A DNA stretch of 64,000 nucleotides, from the NCBI GenBank assembly GCA_035285865.1, contig JAYKHS010000024.1:1-64000 (forward strand). Reading direction: 5' to 3'. The notes under the pieces were generated by a model. It saw only the letters and a program-made list of their open reading frames with translations, searched no databases and was not told where the DNA came from. Made by a program: the position numbers and the translations under genes. Positions 38,530-47,699 of the stretch are shown piece after piece (position 1 is the first letter of the stretch; every line of letters starts with the position of its first letter). Source of the stretch: Candidatus Sericytochromatia bacterium. Its GTDB lineage: Bacteria; Cyanobacteriota; Sericytochromatia; S15B-MN24; VGJW01.

Positions 38530-40149
38530 TCAGCCCTTGGAGGGAATCTCTGCCGACGGCTTCCCGTTGACGGCAGCCCGGACCTCGTTGCGCGTCCGCT
38601 CGATGGCATCATTCGCCGCCTTGACGGTAGCGTTGACCTTGCGGTCGACGTTCTCGATCCCCTGCTGCGTCCTCTCGTTGGCCTTGAGCATCTTGCCGAG
38701 GTCCACCCCGAGCCCGGTGACCTGCGTGGCCGCACCACCCAGATCGTTGGCACGTGCCGACTTGCGGACGCCCTGGGTCTGGGCAGCCACGCTGCCGACG
38801 TCCCGGGTCACGTTCTTGAACTTGTCCCCGGCACCCACCATGCCCCCGGCCGAGTTCAGCAGGTTGGCAGCGGCCTCGGCAGTGGCCAGACCATCCTTGG
38901 CCTTGGCCGCGGTCCGGACGTTGGTGGCCTTGTCGGCGAGGGTCCCGACATCCGCAGTGACCTTGTCGAACTTGTCGCCAGCCTTCAGTACGCCGCCCGC
39001 GGTGTTCAGGAAACCCGCCGCAGCCCCGGCAATGCCAAGCCCGTCCTTGGACTTCACCGCGTCGGCCAGCCCTTGGCCACCGGCGCTGACTTTCTCGATA
39101 TCCTGAAGGGTCTTGACCAGCCCCTTGTTCTTGTCCCCGTCCACGGCTCCGGCAACTGTCCCGGCAGCTGTCGCGAGAGCATCACCCCAGCGCTTGTTGG
39201 CGAGGGCGTCGGCGAACTTCGCCGCACTCTGACCGTACTTTTCGAGGTTCTTGGCGAGCGCCTCGGACCCGACCTTGGCCGTACCCATCGCCGACCCCGC
39301 GAAGGATGCCGCGGCGCCGACAAGCGCCGAAGGAGTGCCGGTCTTGACGGCCTCCATCACGGCCATGCCCTTGCCCAATGTGTTCGCGACCTTGCCTGCG
39401 ACCTTGGCGGCCGCCACCACGCCATCGCTGAACATCTTTGCGCCGCCAGCCGCCACGCCACCCGCGAAGGCGGAGGCCACCCCGATGGCGCCCTGAAGGG
39501 CCGCCTTCCAATCGCCCTTGGCAATGCCCTTGACCATCTGCACGCCGCTCTGGGCGCCCTGGACAGCCATCAGAGCGACGCCCAGCGGTTGCAAGCCGGG
39601 CACCACCATCGCGGCGATGGAGGCAACCGTCATGAGGATGGGCGCGATCTTCTTGATGGCGCTCACGGCCTTCTTGATGGCGCCGCCAACAGCCTTGGCC
39701 GCGCTCTTGAAGAAGTTGCCAATCTTGCTGAAGAATCCCCGCTTCTTTTTCTTCTTCGGGGGTGGCGCAGCGGCGGCCAGATCCTTCTTGCCCTCGGCTT
39801 CCTCGGCCTTGGCCTTGGCGAAGTCGACCACGCCCTCGATGGTCCCCATGCTGCTGGGTCGAGGCGAAGGGGACGCCGCCTTCACCTCGGGGAGGGAGGG
39901 CAAGGCCATGGCGGTTCCGGGACGCGGCGCTTCGTCGAGTGCGATGCCGGAAGCCGAGCCACCCTTGCCGGAGCGCGCATCCTTGTCACCCTTCAGACGC
40001 AGGTCGGGCAGTTCGGCACTGCCACCGAGATCATTCTCGAGACGGGGCAGCGGGCGAGACTCCCGGCCCGGAGCGTCGAAGCCCGGAACCGCGACGCCGC
40101 CCGAACCCAGAGGCCGGGTCTGGTTCGCCGCATTGCGGATCTGAGACAT
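38530..40149 (-). CDS. Ala/Gly-rich hypothetical protein with amphipathic cationic helix, hydrophobic hairpin and internal repeats
   Basis: KKKKKRGFFSKIGNFFK...; IAPILMTVASIAAMVVPGLQPLGVALMAV; repeated DGL..A.AAA..LN.AGG...AGDKF..VT.DVG. GGGGGA before ATG 40149. Confidence 0.75.
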   Translation of the reverse strand: MSQIRNAANQTRPLGSGGVAVPGFDAPGRESRPLPRLENDLGGSAELPDLRLKGDKDARSGKGGSASGIALDEAPRPGTAMALPSLPEVKAASPSPRPSSMGTIEGVVDFAKAKAEEAEGKKDLAAAAPPPKKKKKRGFFSKIGNFFKSAAKAVGGAIKKAVSAIKKIAPILMTVASIAAMVVPGLQPLGVALMAVQGAQSGVQMVKGIAKGDWKAALQGAIGVASAFAGGVAAGGAKMFSDGVVAAAKVAGKVANTLGKGMAVMEAVKTGTPSALVGAAASFAGSAMGTAKVGSEALAKNLEKYGQSAAKFADALANKRWGDALATAAGTVAGAVDGDKNKGLVKTLQDIEKVSAGGQGLADAVKSKDGLGIAGAAAGFLNTAGGVLKAGDKFDKVTADVGTLADKATNVRTAAKAKDGLATAEAAANLLNSAGGMVGAGDKFKNVTRDVGSVAAQTQGVRKSARANDLGGAATQVTGLGVDLGKMLKANERTQQGIENVDRKVNATVKAANDAIERTRNEVRAAVNGKPSAEIPSKG

Positions 40150-40175
40150 GAGACATCCCCCTGCATGTCTCATGT
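40146..40175 (-). promoter_or_regulatory. 11-bp inverted repeat covering the start codon of the 38530-40149 gene
   Basis: mRNA reads ACAUGAGACAU-GCAGGGGG-AUGUCUCAUGU; the AUG is in the 3' arm and the SD-like GGGGG is in the loop. Confidence 0.55.
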
Positions 40176-40295
40176 GAGCCGGGACGCGTCTTTCCAGACC
40201 GGATAGAACAGGCATTTCACGGAGTCCTAAGACGCCTTGACCCCGAGTGAACGAGCATTGCAAGACGCCCCGGGAGGCAGCACGCTGAGGCCCTT

Positions 40296-40991
40296 ATGGA
40301 ACCCCAGAAGCGCCAGCCGACCGAGGCCCTGCTCGGACCGGGCACCCGCCAACTTCGCCCTGCCGGAGCCGTATGCCTCGAGACCCGCACGCACGGAGCG
40401 GGTCCCGGTGGGCAGAGCGGGCTGCTGGTCCTGACGACCGAACCGGATCCGCGGGCGTGGCCCGGGCCCGTGGGCCTGGCCGCAAGACTGTCGGAGGCGG
40501 GCCTCGCCGGGACGCCGCAAGTCAGCATCTGTCTGCTGACACCCGAGGAACGAAGCCGTCAGCGCCACACCCATGCGCTTGGTCAGGACGTCCACCTGCT
40601 GTCCGTTCGCCTCGGCCACATGCTGCACGACATGCAGGACGACCCCATGCTGGCTGGTCGCACCTGGGCCATCCTGTGCACCGGACATGTCACCGCAGCC
40701 GCCCTCGTCTGCGCCGCCGCCCTTCCGGGCCGGATTCAGGCAGTGCTCTCATGGCAGGGGCGGCCGGATCTGGCCGGTGCCGCCTTGCAGACCATCGACT
40801 GCCCGGTCCTGCTGACGGTCGCGGACGAGGATACACCGCTCGTGGACCTCAACCGGCGGGCGCAACGCCGCCTGCCCGGCCGATGCGACCTCGTCCGAAT
40901 CCTCGCCGGACCCGACCGCGACGTGACCCTCGCCGGCGTGATGGGCGCCTGGCTGACGAATCGCTCAAGCCACTTCGGGCGGGCGGCCTGA
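40296..40991 (+). CDS. degenerate dienelactone-hydrolase-like alpha/beta hydrolase
   Basis: LLTPEE, AAALVCAA, AVLSWQGRPDLAGAAL..IDCPVLL match the PRT-associated hydrolase family; no GxSxG motif. Confidence 0.6.
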   Translation: MEPQKRQPTEALLGPGTRQLRPAGAVCLETRTHGAGPGGQSGLLVLTTEPDPRAWPGPVGLAARLSEAGLAGTPQVSICLLTPEERSRQRHTHALGQDVHLLSVRLGHMLHDMQDDPMLAGRTWAILCTGHVTAAALVCAAALPGRIQAVLSWQGRPDLAGAALQTIDCPVLLTVADEDTPLVDLNRRAQRRLPGRCDLVRILAGPDRDVTLAGVMGAWLTNRSSHFGRAA

Positions 40992-41651
40992 AGGATTCGC
41001 CGGGCCTTCGGCAAGTGCCTTGCCGAGAACGGCCAGGACCTCCAAGTCCGTGACTTCGGGAAAATCCGCATAGGCCATGCCCACGGCCCACAGCCACCCG
41101 GGCTGCTCGGCAACCCATAGGGCATCGGCATGCGCCTCAAGTACGGACACCGTTTCGGGCGGCGCCACGGGCAACGCGACCATGACGGCGGCCGCCCCCT
41201 CCTTGCGCAGGCTTTCGATAAGGGCGATCAGGCTCGCACCCGTAGCTGCCCCGTCATCGATGAGCAGGATTCGCCTCCCTGCGGCAGGGATCCGCTGCAG
41301 AACAGTCCGGTACAGGGCCTCCCGCTCGCGCGCCTCGCGGGCAAGCGCATCGGCCAGCACCGTGCGCTTCTCCTCGGAGGGCAAAGGTCCGGCCTCCTCC
41401 AACCACCGGACCGTCCCGTCGGGCAAGACGGCTCCCAGAGCACGCTCGGGCTGCCCCGGGGCACCGAACTTGCGGACGATGCGCACGTCCAGTGGCAGAC
41501 CGAGCGCAGCAGCCACCGGGCGCGCCACCAGCACACCGCCTCGCGCGACACCGACCACCAGATCGAGGATCCCGAACCGTCCGGGGACAGCCCTGGCCAG
41601 ACGCTGACCGGCGTCCTCACGGTTGCTGTAGCACGCCTCGGGAACCGCCAT
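40965..41651 (-). CDS. phosphoribosyltransferase family protein
   Basis: NREDAGQRLA, GVARGG, VRKFGAPGQPE, ILLIDDGAATG, AVGMAYADFPEVTD. Confidence 0.88.
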   Translation of the reverse strand: MAVPEACYSNREDAGQRLARAVPGRFGILDLVVGVARGGVLVARPVAAALGLPLDVRIVRKFGAPGQPERALGAVLPDGTVRWLEEAGPLPSEEKRTVLADALAREAREREALYRTVLQRIPAAGRRILLIDDGAATGASLIALIESLRKEGAAAVMVALPVAPPETVSVLEAHADALWVAEQPGWLWAVGMAYADFPEVTDLEVLAVLGKALAEGPANPSGRPPEVA

Positions 41652-41747
41652 GGCTTCGTCCTCCCTGCCCGGACAGGCTGGCCCGCTCGGGTCCGGACCG
41701 CACCGGCCGAACGAGACAAACGAATCCGGCAAGGGCATGTTGAGGAG

Positions 41748-43349
41748 GTGGGCACGCACGCTGGGGCCAATGGCACGCTCGACTGGGACGAGGCACGCGG
41801 TTGCCTCACGGTGGCGATCAAGGGACCGGATTTCCACAAGGTGCTGTCGACCGTGAAGGGTCTGCCGAGCAGCGCATTCGACAGCGGCCGCAAGGTCTGG
41901 ACCCTGCCGGCGGGCCAAGTGGACATCTACCTCGAGGTCCTCGAACCCCTGGGCGTCGGCATCAGTCCGAAGCTCCGCGGCTGGCTGGAACGGCGCACGA
42001 CCGACAACCCCGCCGGGCCCGGGCGCGCACGGCCGGAGAGAGCGATTGCGGCAGAACGGCCTGCGGTCCCCGAAGCCAGACCAGTCGCAGAACAAGCCGA
42101 GACTGGCCAGGTCACGACTGGCGACCTGACGGTGGCCGATGTGCTTGGACGCGCACGTGCAGCCATCGCGGCGGCCTTTGGCAGCCGGAACTTCTGGGTG
42201 ACGGCCATCGTGCGGGAATGGAAGTCCCATCCAGCCACGCGCCACATCTTCATCAAGCTGGTCGACGATCCCGCCAGCAGCGGTGGCGACGAGCTGTCGG
42301 CGGTCATCTGGGCCAACCGGGTGCCCGCGATTCGCAAGGCTTACGCCGACCGCGACATCGTCATCGCCCGCGACGACAGGGTGCGCCTGAAATGTTCGGT
42401 CACCCTCTCCCGAGGTCAACTCTCGCTGGTGGTCGAAGAGGTCGACCCTGCGGCAACGGAGTCGGGCGATCGAATACGCGAGATGCGCCTGCGCATGCTG
42501 CAAGAGCGCGGCCTCGCCGATCGGAACAAGGTGCTGCGCCTCCCCGCCCTGCCCTTGGTCGTCGGAATCGTTTCTTCAAGGGGTGCCGACGGCTACGAAG
42601 ACTTCACCAAGGTCCTCCGGGATTCAGGCCTGCCGTTCACATTGATTCTGCACCAGGCAGCGGTTCAAGGCGAGAACGCGGAAATCGAAGTGCCCGTGGC
42701 TATCCGAGCACTGGGGCAGGCCGCAGTGGATGTCGTGGTCGTCATTCGCGGGGGCGGCAGCCCGACGCAACTCTCGTGCTTCAACGCAATCGCGATCGGT
42801 GAAGCCATCGCCCTCTGCCCCATACCTGTCCTGACCGGCATCGGGCACGAGCCCGACCTCCACCTGGCCGACCTGGTCGCGGCCAAGGCCTGCAAGACGC
42901 CGACAGATGCGGCCAACCAGCTGGTCCAGACCGTTGAAAAAACGACGAGGGTGGTGGTGACACGGGCACGGCAGCGACTCACGCGCGCCCGCGAGCTGGC
43001 GCAACAGCATCGGCATCAGACACAACAGGTCCGCCAGCGCCTGGCCTTCGCACTCAGCCGCATCATCGACAGGCAGCGGCAGCGCCTCGACGGCCTGCGC
43101 CCTGCATCGGCCCTGAAGCATCTGCTGGAACGCGAACACACCCGCCTCGAGGCCCTGGCAGCACGGCAGAAGAGTGCGGACCCCGACCGCCCCCTGCGCC
43201 TCGGTTATGTGCGCATCCTGACCTCGGACGGCAGACCCGCAGGACGCGTCGCCCGGCTGCATACCGATCAAGCCGTGGTGCTGCAACTGACGGACGGTCG
43301 CGCCGAAGCCCGCATTACCCGAACCATCCCGGATGGAGAGCTACCGTGA
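41748..43349 (+). CDS. xseA: exodeoxyribonuclease VII large subunit with extra N-terminal domain
   Basis: OB-fold region (FWVTAIV..HIFIKL), GYEDF, VQGENA, IRGGGS, GIGHEPD, TPT, LRLGY. Start approximate. Confidence 0.85.
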   Translation: MGTHAGANGTLDWDEARGCLTVAIKGPDFHKVLSTVKGLPSSAFDSGRKVWTLPAGQVDIYLEVLEPLGVGISPKLRGWLERRTTDNPAGPGRARPERAIAAERPAVPEARPVAEQAETGQVTTGDLTVADVLGRARAAIAAAFGSRNFWVTAIVREWKSHPATRHIFIKLVDDPASSGGDELSAVIWANRVPAIRKAYADRDIVIARDDRVRLKCSVTLSRGQLSLVVEEVDPAATESGDRIREMRLRMLQERGLADRNKVLRLPALPLVVGIVSSRGADGYEDFTKVLRDSGLPFTLILHQAAVQGENAEIEVPVAIRALGQAAVDVVVVIRGGGSPTQLSCFNAIAIGEAIALCPIPVLTGIGHEPDLHLADLVAAKACKTPTDAANQLVQTVEKTTRVVVTRARQRLTRARELAQQHRHQTQQVRQRLAFALSRIIDRQRQRLDGLRPASALKHLLEREHTRLEALAARQKSADPDRPLRLGYVRILTSDGRPAGRVARLHTDQAVVLQLTDGRAEARITRTIPDGELP

Positions 43350-43579
43350 CGAATCCCTCGGAATCCCTTGCTTACAAGGAAGCACTCAACGAACTTCACG
43401 AAATCGTGAAAAGCTTGGAGACCGCGCAGGATCTGGACATCGACACCCTGCCCGCACTCACGGCCAGAGCCGCCGAGTTGCTGGTCTTCTGCCAGAAACG
43501 ATTGACCGTCGTCGAAACGGAAGTGAGCAAGGTCCTCGCGACCCTGGAACCCGAAGGAGAGGGCCTCGGCCCGACCTGA
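43346..43579 (+). CDS. xseB: exodeoxyribonuclease VII small subunit
   Basis: YKEALNELHEIVKSLE...DID.L...AAELL..CQKRL. GTGA overlap with xseA. Confidence 0.88.
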   Translation: MTNPSESLAYKEALNELHEIVKSLETAQDLDIDTLPALTARAAELLVFCQKRLTVVETEVSKVLATLEPEGEGLGPT

Positions 43580-43668
43580 TGGCCGGCTCGAGGGATGAAG
43601 TTTCGGGGTGGGAATCCCTCGGGTATGGGAGCTTCCAGTAGCGTCTCGACCCCAATGAGGAACCCTTC

Positions 43669-45258
43669 GTGGTCAATCCGGCAAACAACCAGTTCGCCCA
43701 CCGCGGCACCGGTGCCGGCACTGGCAAGCTGGACCCAGCGAAATCGGCCGACGCCGCCAAGCCCGCGACGAACGACCCTGCCGCCGACCGCGGCACCTCC
43801 GGCGGACCAGCCCGAATCTCCCGGCAGGACCGCCAGACCTTCGGGGTCCAGGGCAATCGCAGCGCGATGAGGCTCGACGAACGGGCCTTCAAGCGCCTCG
43901 ATCGCAACGGCGACGGTCAGTTGAGCGGCACGGAGATCCGCAAGCAGCAAGAGGGCATGGACCTGAACGGAGACAATTCCGTCTCGAAGGAAGAGTTCAT
44001 GCTGGCGCGGGGTCAGCGCCGTGCCGAGGTCCAGATGCAGCAGCTGGATCGCAATCGCGACGGCGTGCTGTCCGGACGCGAGATTCACAGGAGCATAGCG
44101 GGTGCCGACGAGAACAAGGACGGCCGCGTCACCAAGGCGGAACTCGAACGCTTCCACACCCGCAACGTGGACCCGGGCAAACTGTTCGACGGCGTGGACG
44201 CCAACAAGGATGGCGCCCTGTCGGGTACCGAGGCCGAAGGGTTCAAGGACAAGGGTTACGATGCAGACGGCGACGGGCGCATCACCAAACCCGAGTTCCT
44301 CGCGGCCCGGGAGCGCGAACGGAAAGAGGCCCGCTTCGCAGACGCTGATGGCAACAAGGACGGGGTGCTGTCCGGCAATGAAGTCACGGCAGAGCGCAAG
44401 GACCTGCTCGACACCGACCGCAACGGCACTGTTAGCAAGGAAGAATACATGGCCGGCCCCGAGGATGTGCCGGCCCAAGGGACGGATGGCCCGGGCGCCG
44501 GGGTGGATGCCGATGGCAGGCAGGCCGCCGAACGCCGGGGTGCCGGTGTGGGCCGTGGTCAAGGCAATGACGTCGGGGCTGGCCGTGGGACCGGCGCCGG
44601 CCGGGGCAACGGTGCAGGTCGTGCGAACGGAGCAGCGGGTGGCGGACGCGCGGCAGGCGGTCAGGTCGCCGGTGCCCAGAGAGGCACCAACGAGCGACCG
44701 GTAGCCCGTGGAGGAAACCAGGCGGCCCCGCAGGGGGCTGGCGGTGGCATCGGGAATGGGGTCGGGAACGGTATTGGCGATGGCGTCGGCGATGGCGTCG
44801 GCAATGGTGTCGGCGGCGGATTCGGGGATGGACGCGAACCTGCGGGAGCCACGGGCGGGCAGGTGACGAATCAGGCCCTCAATCGGGGCCCAGTCGGTGC
44901 TGGCGGCGCGGCCCCGGATGGCGGAGTCCGTCAGGACCTGCCCGGCCAGCCGACCGGCGCTGCAGGCGGTACCGAGGAACGGAACCCCGCCCCCGGAGAT
45001 GTGGCCACCATTCGGCAGCGTTTCGAGGCGCTCGACACCAACAAGGATGGCTTCCTCTCCGCCGAGGAGATGGGCGTGGGCGGTTCGACCGGCCTCGACC
45101 GGGACAAGGATGCGCGCGTCAGCTTTGACGAATTCCAGGCCGACGCGGGCAAGACGGCCGCACCCGCTGAGACCCGGGTGCCGTCCGCCTTCGTCGTGGA
45201 GCCTGAGGTGGTGGGCAAGAGGGGCGAACCGACCGAGATGGGCTTCAGCCTCATCTGA
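43669..45258 (+). CDS. multi-EF-hand calcium-binding protein with Gly-rich linker
   Basis: Ten DxDxDG-type loops (e.g. DRNGDGQLSGTE, DANKDGALSGTE, DTNKDGFLSAEE). Confidence 0.85.
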   Translation: MVNPANNQFAHRGTGAGTGKLDPAKSADAAKPATNDPAADRGTSGGPARISRQDRQTFGVQGNRSAMRLDERAFKRLDRNGDGQLSGTEIRKQQEGMDLNGDNSVSKEEFMLARGQRRAEVQMQQLDRNRDGVLSGREIHRSIAGADENKDGRVTKAELERFHTRNVDPGKLFDGVDANKDGALSGTEAEGFKDKGYDADGDGRITKPEFLAARERERKEARFADADGNKDGVLSGNEVTAERKDLLDTDRNGTVSKEEYMAGPEDVPAQGTDGPGAGVDADGRQAAERRGAGVGRGQGNDVGAGRGTGAGRGNGAGRANGAAGGGRAAGGQVAGAQRGTNERPVARGGNQAAPQGAGGGIGNGVGNGIGDGVGDGVGNGVGGGFGDGREPAGATGGQVTNQALNRGPVGAGGAAPDGGVRQDLPGQPTGAAGGTEERNPAPGDVATIRQRFEALDTNKDGFLSAEEMGVGGSTGLDRDKDARVSFDEFQADAGKTAAPAETRVPSAFVVEPEVVGKRGEPTEMGFSLI

Positions 45259-46171
45259 CGCTCGGCCGCGGCCGGCTCACGGAGACGTTCGGAAAGAACC
45301 AGACCGGGCCCTCTTCGGCTGCCACCACGAGGTCGCGGCAACCGGGCACGAAGCTGGCGGCTTCGACCTGCCAGTCTCGGTCGTTTTTGCCATAGGCCAC
45401 GCACCACGCCGGGGGCCGACCGGCCAAGCGCGTCACCCTCGGCGCGTCATCCTCGGAGCTTTCGTAGAACCAGACATGGCGGCGACCGGCCGTGACGGCG
45501 AGAAGCTTCCCGCCATCAGCAATGGCAGCGCCCGTCACCAGGCCTCCGAATCCGCCGGGCGGCGGAACGAGACCGCCGGACCGCTCCAGCAGCAGCGTTC
45601 CCTTCTCGTCCTGACGGACCGGAAACCGATAGAGGCCATGCGCCGCATCCTTGGTGATGAGCCACCCATGCCCATCGTGGAAGAACAGCGCCTCGGCATT
45701 GAAGGTCCCCCCAGCTCGGGGGGCATCCGGATAACGGAGAGGCACGCGTTGCTCCACGCGCGTCGCATCATCCCGCCACGGATCGGGCTCGAGGACACGC
45801 AGCAGGGCAAGGTCCGTCCGGTCATGGCGGTTGTTTCCGCTGTCGGCAATCCAGAGGTGGCCATCCTCGTCGAAGGCCAATTCTTCCCAGTCCCGGTTCC
45901 GGACCCCGAGAACGCGCACTTCGCGCACCTTCCGACCATCCGGCCAGGGCTGCGCCCGACCATCCACCAACCGAAAGGCCAGAAGCACCTCCCGCGCTCC
46001 AGTGCCCGAGTCGCGGATGGCCCAGAAGACCCCGGGGTATCGCCGAGATGCGGCGATACCGGAAACCTCATCTTGCGCAAAAGTCAGGACGGGCTCCCGG
46101 AAATCCTGAGCGGCCCACCCCGGCCACGCCATCAACAACAGCGCGAGGCAGAGCAGGAAATGACTCCCCAT
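45251..46171 (-). CDS. secreted beta-propeller-like hypothetical protein
   Basis: Signal peptide; EVSGIAASRRYPGVFWAIRDSG, DWEELA, WIADSGNN, NAEAL motifs. Confidence 0.75.
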   Translation of the reverse strand: MGSHFLLCLALLLMAWPGWAAQDFREPVLTFAQDEVSGIAASRRYPGVFWAIRDSGTGAREVLLAFRLVDGRAQPWPDGRKVREVRVLGVRNRDWEELAFDEDGHLWIADSGNNRHDRTDLALLRVLEPDPWRDDATRVEQRVPLRYPDAPRAGGTFNAEALFFHDGHGWLITKDAAHGLYRFPVRQDEKGTLLLERSGGLVPPPGGFGGLVTGAAIADGGKLLAVTAGRRHVWFYESSEDDAPRVTRLAGRPPAWCVAYGKNDRDWQVEAASFVPGCRDLVVAAEEGPVWFFPNVSVSRPRPSVR

Positions 46172-46228
46172 GCCTCAAGAATCGCACGCCACGGCAACGG
46201 CCGACCAGCATCGAGGGCAAGCGGCAAG

Positions 46229-46257
46229 AGGGGCCCGGATCATCGATCCGGACCCCT
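46229..46257 (-). terminator. hairpin downstream of tRNA-Arg
   Basis: AGGGGUCCGGAUC-GAU-GAUCCGGGCCCCU, a 13-bp stem with one G-U pair. Confidence 0.55.
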
Positions 46258-46262
46258 GTCCA

Positions 46263-46336
46263 CGCCCGCTGAGGGACTCGAACCCCCGACATCAACCTTA
46301 GGACGGTCGCGTTCTATCCAACTGAACTAAACGGGC
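46263..46336 (-). tRNA. tRNA-Arg (anticodon CCT), CCA not encoded
   Basis: Acceptor GCCCGTT/AGCGGGC, D-arm TAGTTCAGTTGGATAGAAC, anticodon stem CGACC/GGTTG with loop GTCCTAA, T-loop GGTTCGAGTCC. Confidence 0.95.
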
Positions 46337-46379
46337 CTCGGTCCATCCTACGCCGCACGGCGCACCATGCCAAGAGGCT

Positions 46380-47699
46380 TCAGGCCGACCAGCTGCCCAT
46401 CCGTTCGAGGTCCTCGGGCGAACCGTGTCGGATGGCCTCGAGCTCGGCCTCGGGAATCTTCAGGAAGATCTCGACGATCTCCGGGTCGTACATCCGCCCC
46501 GACCAGCGCTGGATCTCCTCGATGGCCACTCCATGGGCCAAAGCCTTGCGGTAAGCGCGATCCGAGCACATGGCGTCGTAGGTGTCGGCCACGGAGAGCA
46601 CCCTCGAGCCATAGGGTATCTCGTCCCCCGCCAACCCCTTGAAGTACCCGCGGCCATCAAAGCGCTCATGGTGGTAGCCGGCCACGTCCGCCAGCTCCTC
46701 GAGGCCCGTGATCGACTGCAGGATGATGCGGGTCTTGCGCGGATGCTCGCGGATGACGGCCCACTCCTCCTCAGTGAGCTTGCCGGGATTGTCGAGAATC
46801 TGGCCTGGCACGCCCACCTTGCCGGCGTCGTGCAGCAGACCGGCGTGGTAGATCAGTCGGACCTTGTCCTCGGGCAAGCGCGCGTACTGCGCCAAGAGAC
46901 GACCGTAGGCGGCGGTCCGCCAGCTGTGGCCGTGGGTGTAGGCGTGCTTTGCATCGATGACGCTGGCGAAGACCCGCAGGATGCTCTCGACGAAGGCCTC
47001 GGGCGGTACGTCGATCAGGCGAGCCAGGTCCAGCACGTCCAGCTTCAGGGCACGCCAATGGCGGTCGGCGAAGGTGGTGATGGACCAAGGGCCCTCCTTC
47101 TGGACCTCGAGATAGGCATCGCCCACCTCCTCCGTGACCTTGCGCCCACGCCAGCGCCATGCGACCTCCCGCAGACGCTTGGAAGGATCCGTGTCGAGTC
47201 GGGGCGAGGTCAGGAACACGATTTCGTCCAACTCGTTGACCAGCCCGAGAACCTGAGCGGCCGTGGAGAGCTGCGCGCCCTTGAGGCCATGGGGATAACC
47301 CGAGCCGTCGAGCCGCTCCTTGTGCTGGGCAATCAGCACGGCAGCCCCCGCCAGCGTCGGGATACGCGCACAGATCTGCGCACCCACGACCGGGTGGCGA
47401 CTCAGAAGCTCGGGTACCGGGCCGCCATCCGTCAGGCGCATCAGCTCCAGCCGCTGGGCCTCCTCGAGGCAGATTTCACCCAGATCGTGCAGCAATCCGG
47501 CGTAGAAAATGTCCCGCAGCACATCCGTCGACAGGCCCAGCTTTGCCGCCGTCTGCACGCTGACGATCGCCACACGCAAGGAATGCTGCTGTTTGTGCCC
47601 CAGCGCCATGTCCAGTATCAGGGACAGCGCCTTGAGCAAGTCCTTGAAGAGCTGCTGGCTACGGTCCGAGAGGATTCGGGAAATGAGGTGGTCGTTCAT
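46380..47699 (-). CDS. tandem HD-GYP domain phosphodiesterase
   Basis: Domain 1: HSLRV, LHDLG, HKERLDGSGYP. Domain 2: HSWRT, LHDAGK, HHERFDGRGYF, ADTYDAM..DRAYR. ATGA overlap with GH57. Confidence 0.9.
   Translation of the reverse strand: MNDHLISRILSDRSQQLFKDLLKALSLILDMALGHKQQHSLRVAIVSVQTAAKLGLSTDVLRDIFYAGLLHDLGEICLEEAQRLELMRLTDGGPVPELLSRHPVVGAQICARIPTLAGAAVLIAQHKERLDGSGYPHGLKGAQLSTAAQVLGLVNELDEIVFLTSPRLDTDPSKRLREVAWRWRGRKVTEEVGDAYLEVQKEGPWSITTFADRHWRALKLDVLDLARLIDVPPEAFVESILRVFASVIDAKHAYTHGHSWRTAAYGRLLAQYARLPEDKVRLIYHAGLLHDAGKVGVPGQILDNPGKLTEEEWAVIREHPRKTRIILQSITGLEELADVAGYHHERFDGRGYFKGLAGDEIPYGSRVLSVADTYDAMCSDRAYRKALAHGVAIEEIQRWSGRMYDPEIVEIFLKIPEAELEAIRHGSPEDLERMGSWSA

Noticed and set aside
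41130..41747. Long N-terminal extensions of xseA, and likewise of pgk, sbcC, rsmD and the PRT gene in the ORF track
   Set aside because: They overlap other real genes; stop-poor frames are expected at high GC.
46263..46336. tRNA as an integration site
   Set aside because: No integrase and no duplicated tRNA 3' end were seen in the window (checked by eye).
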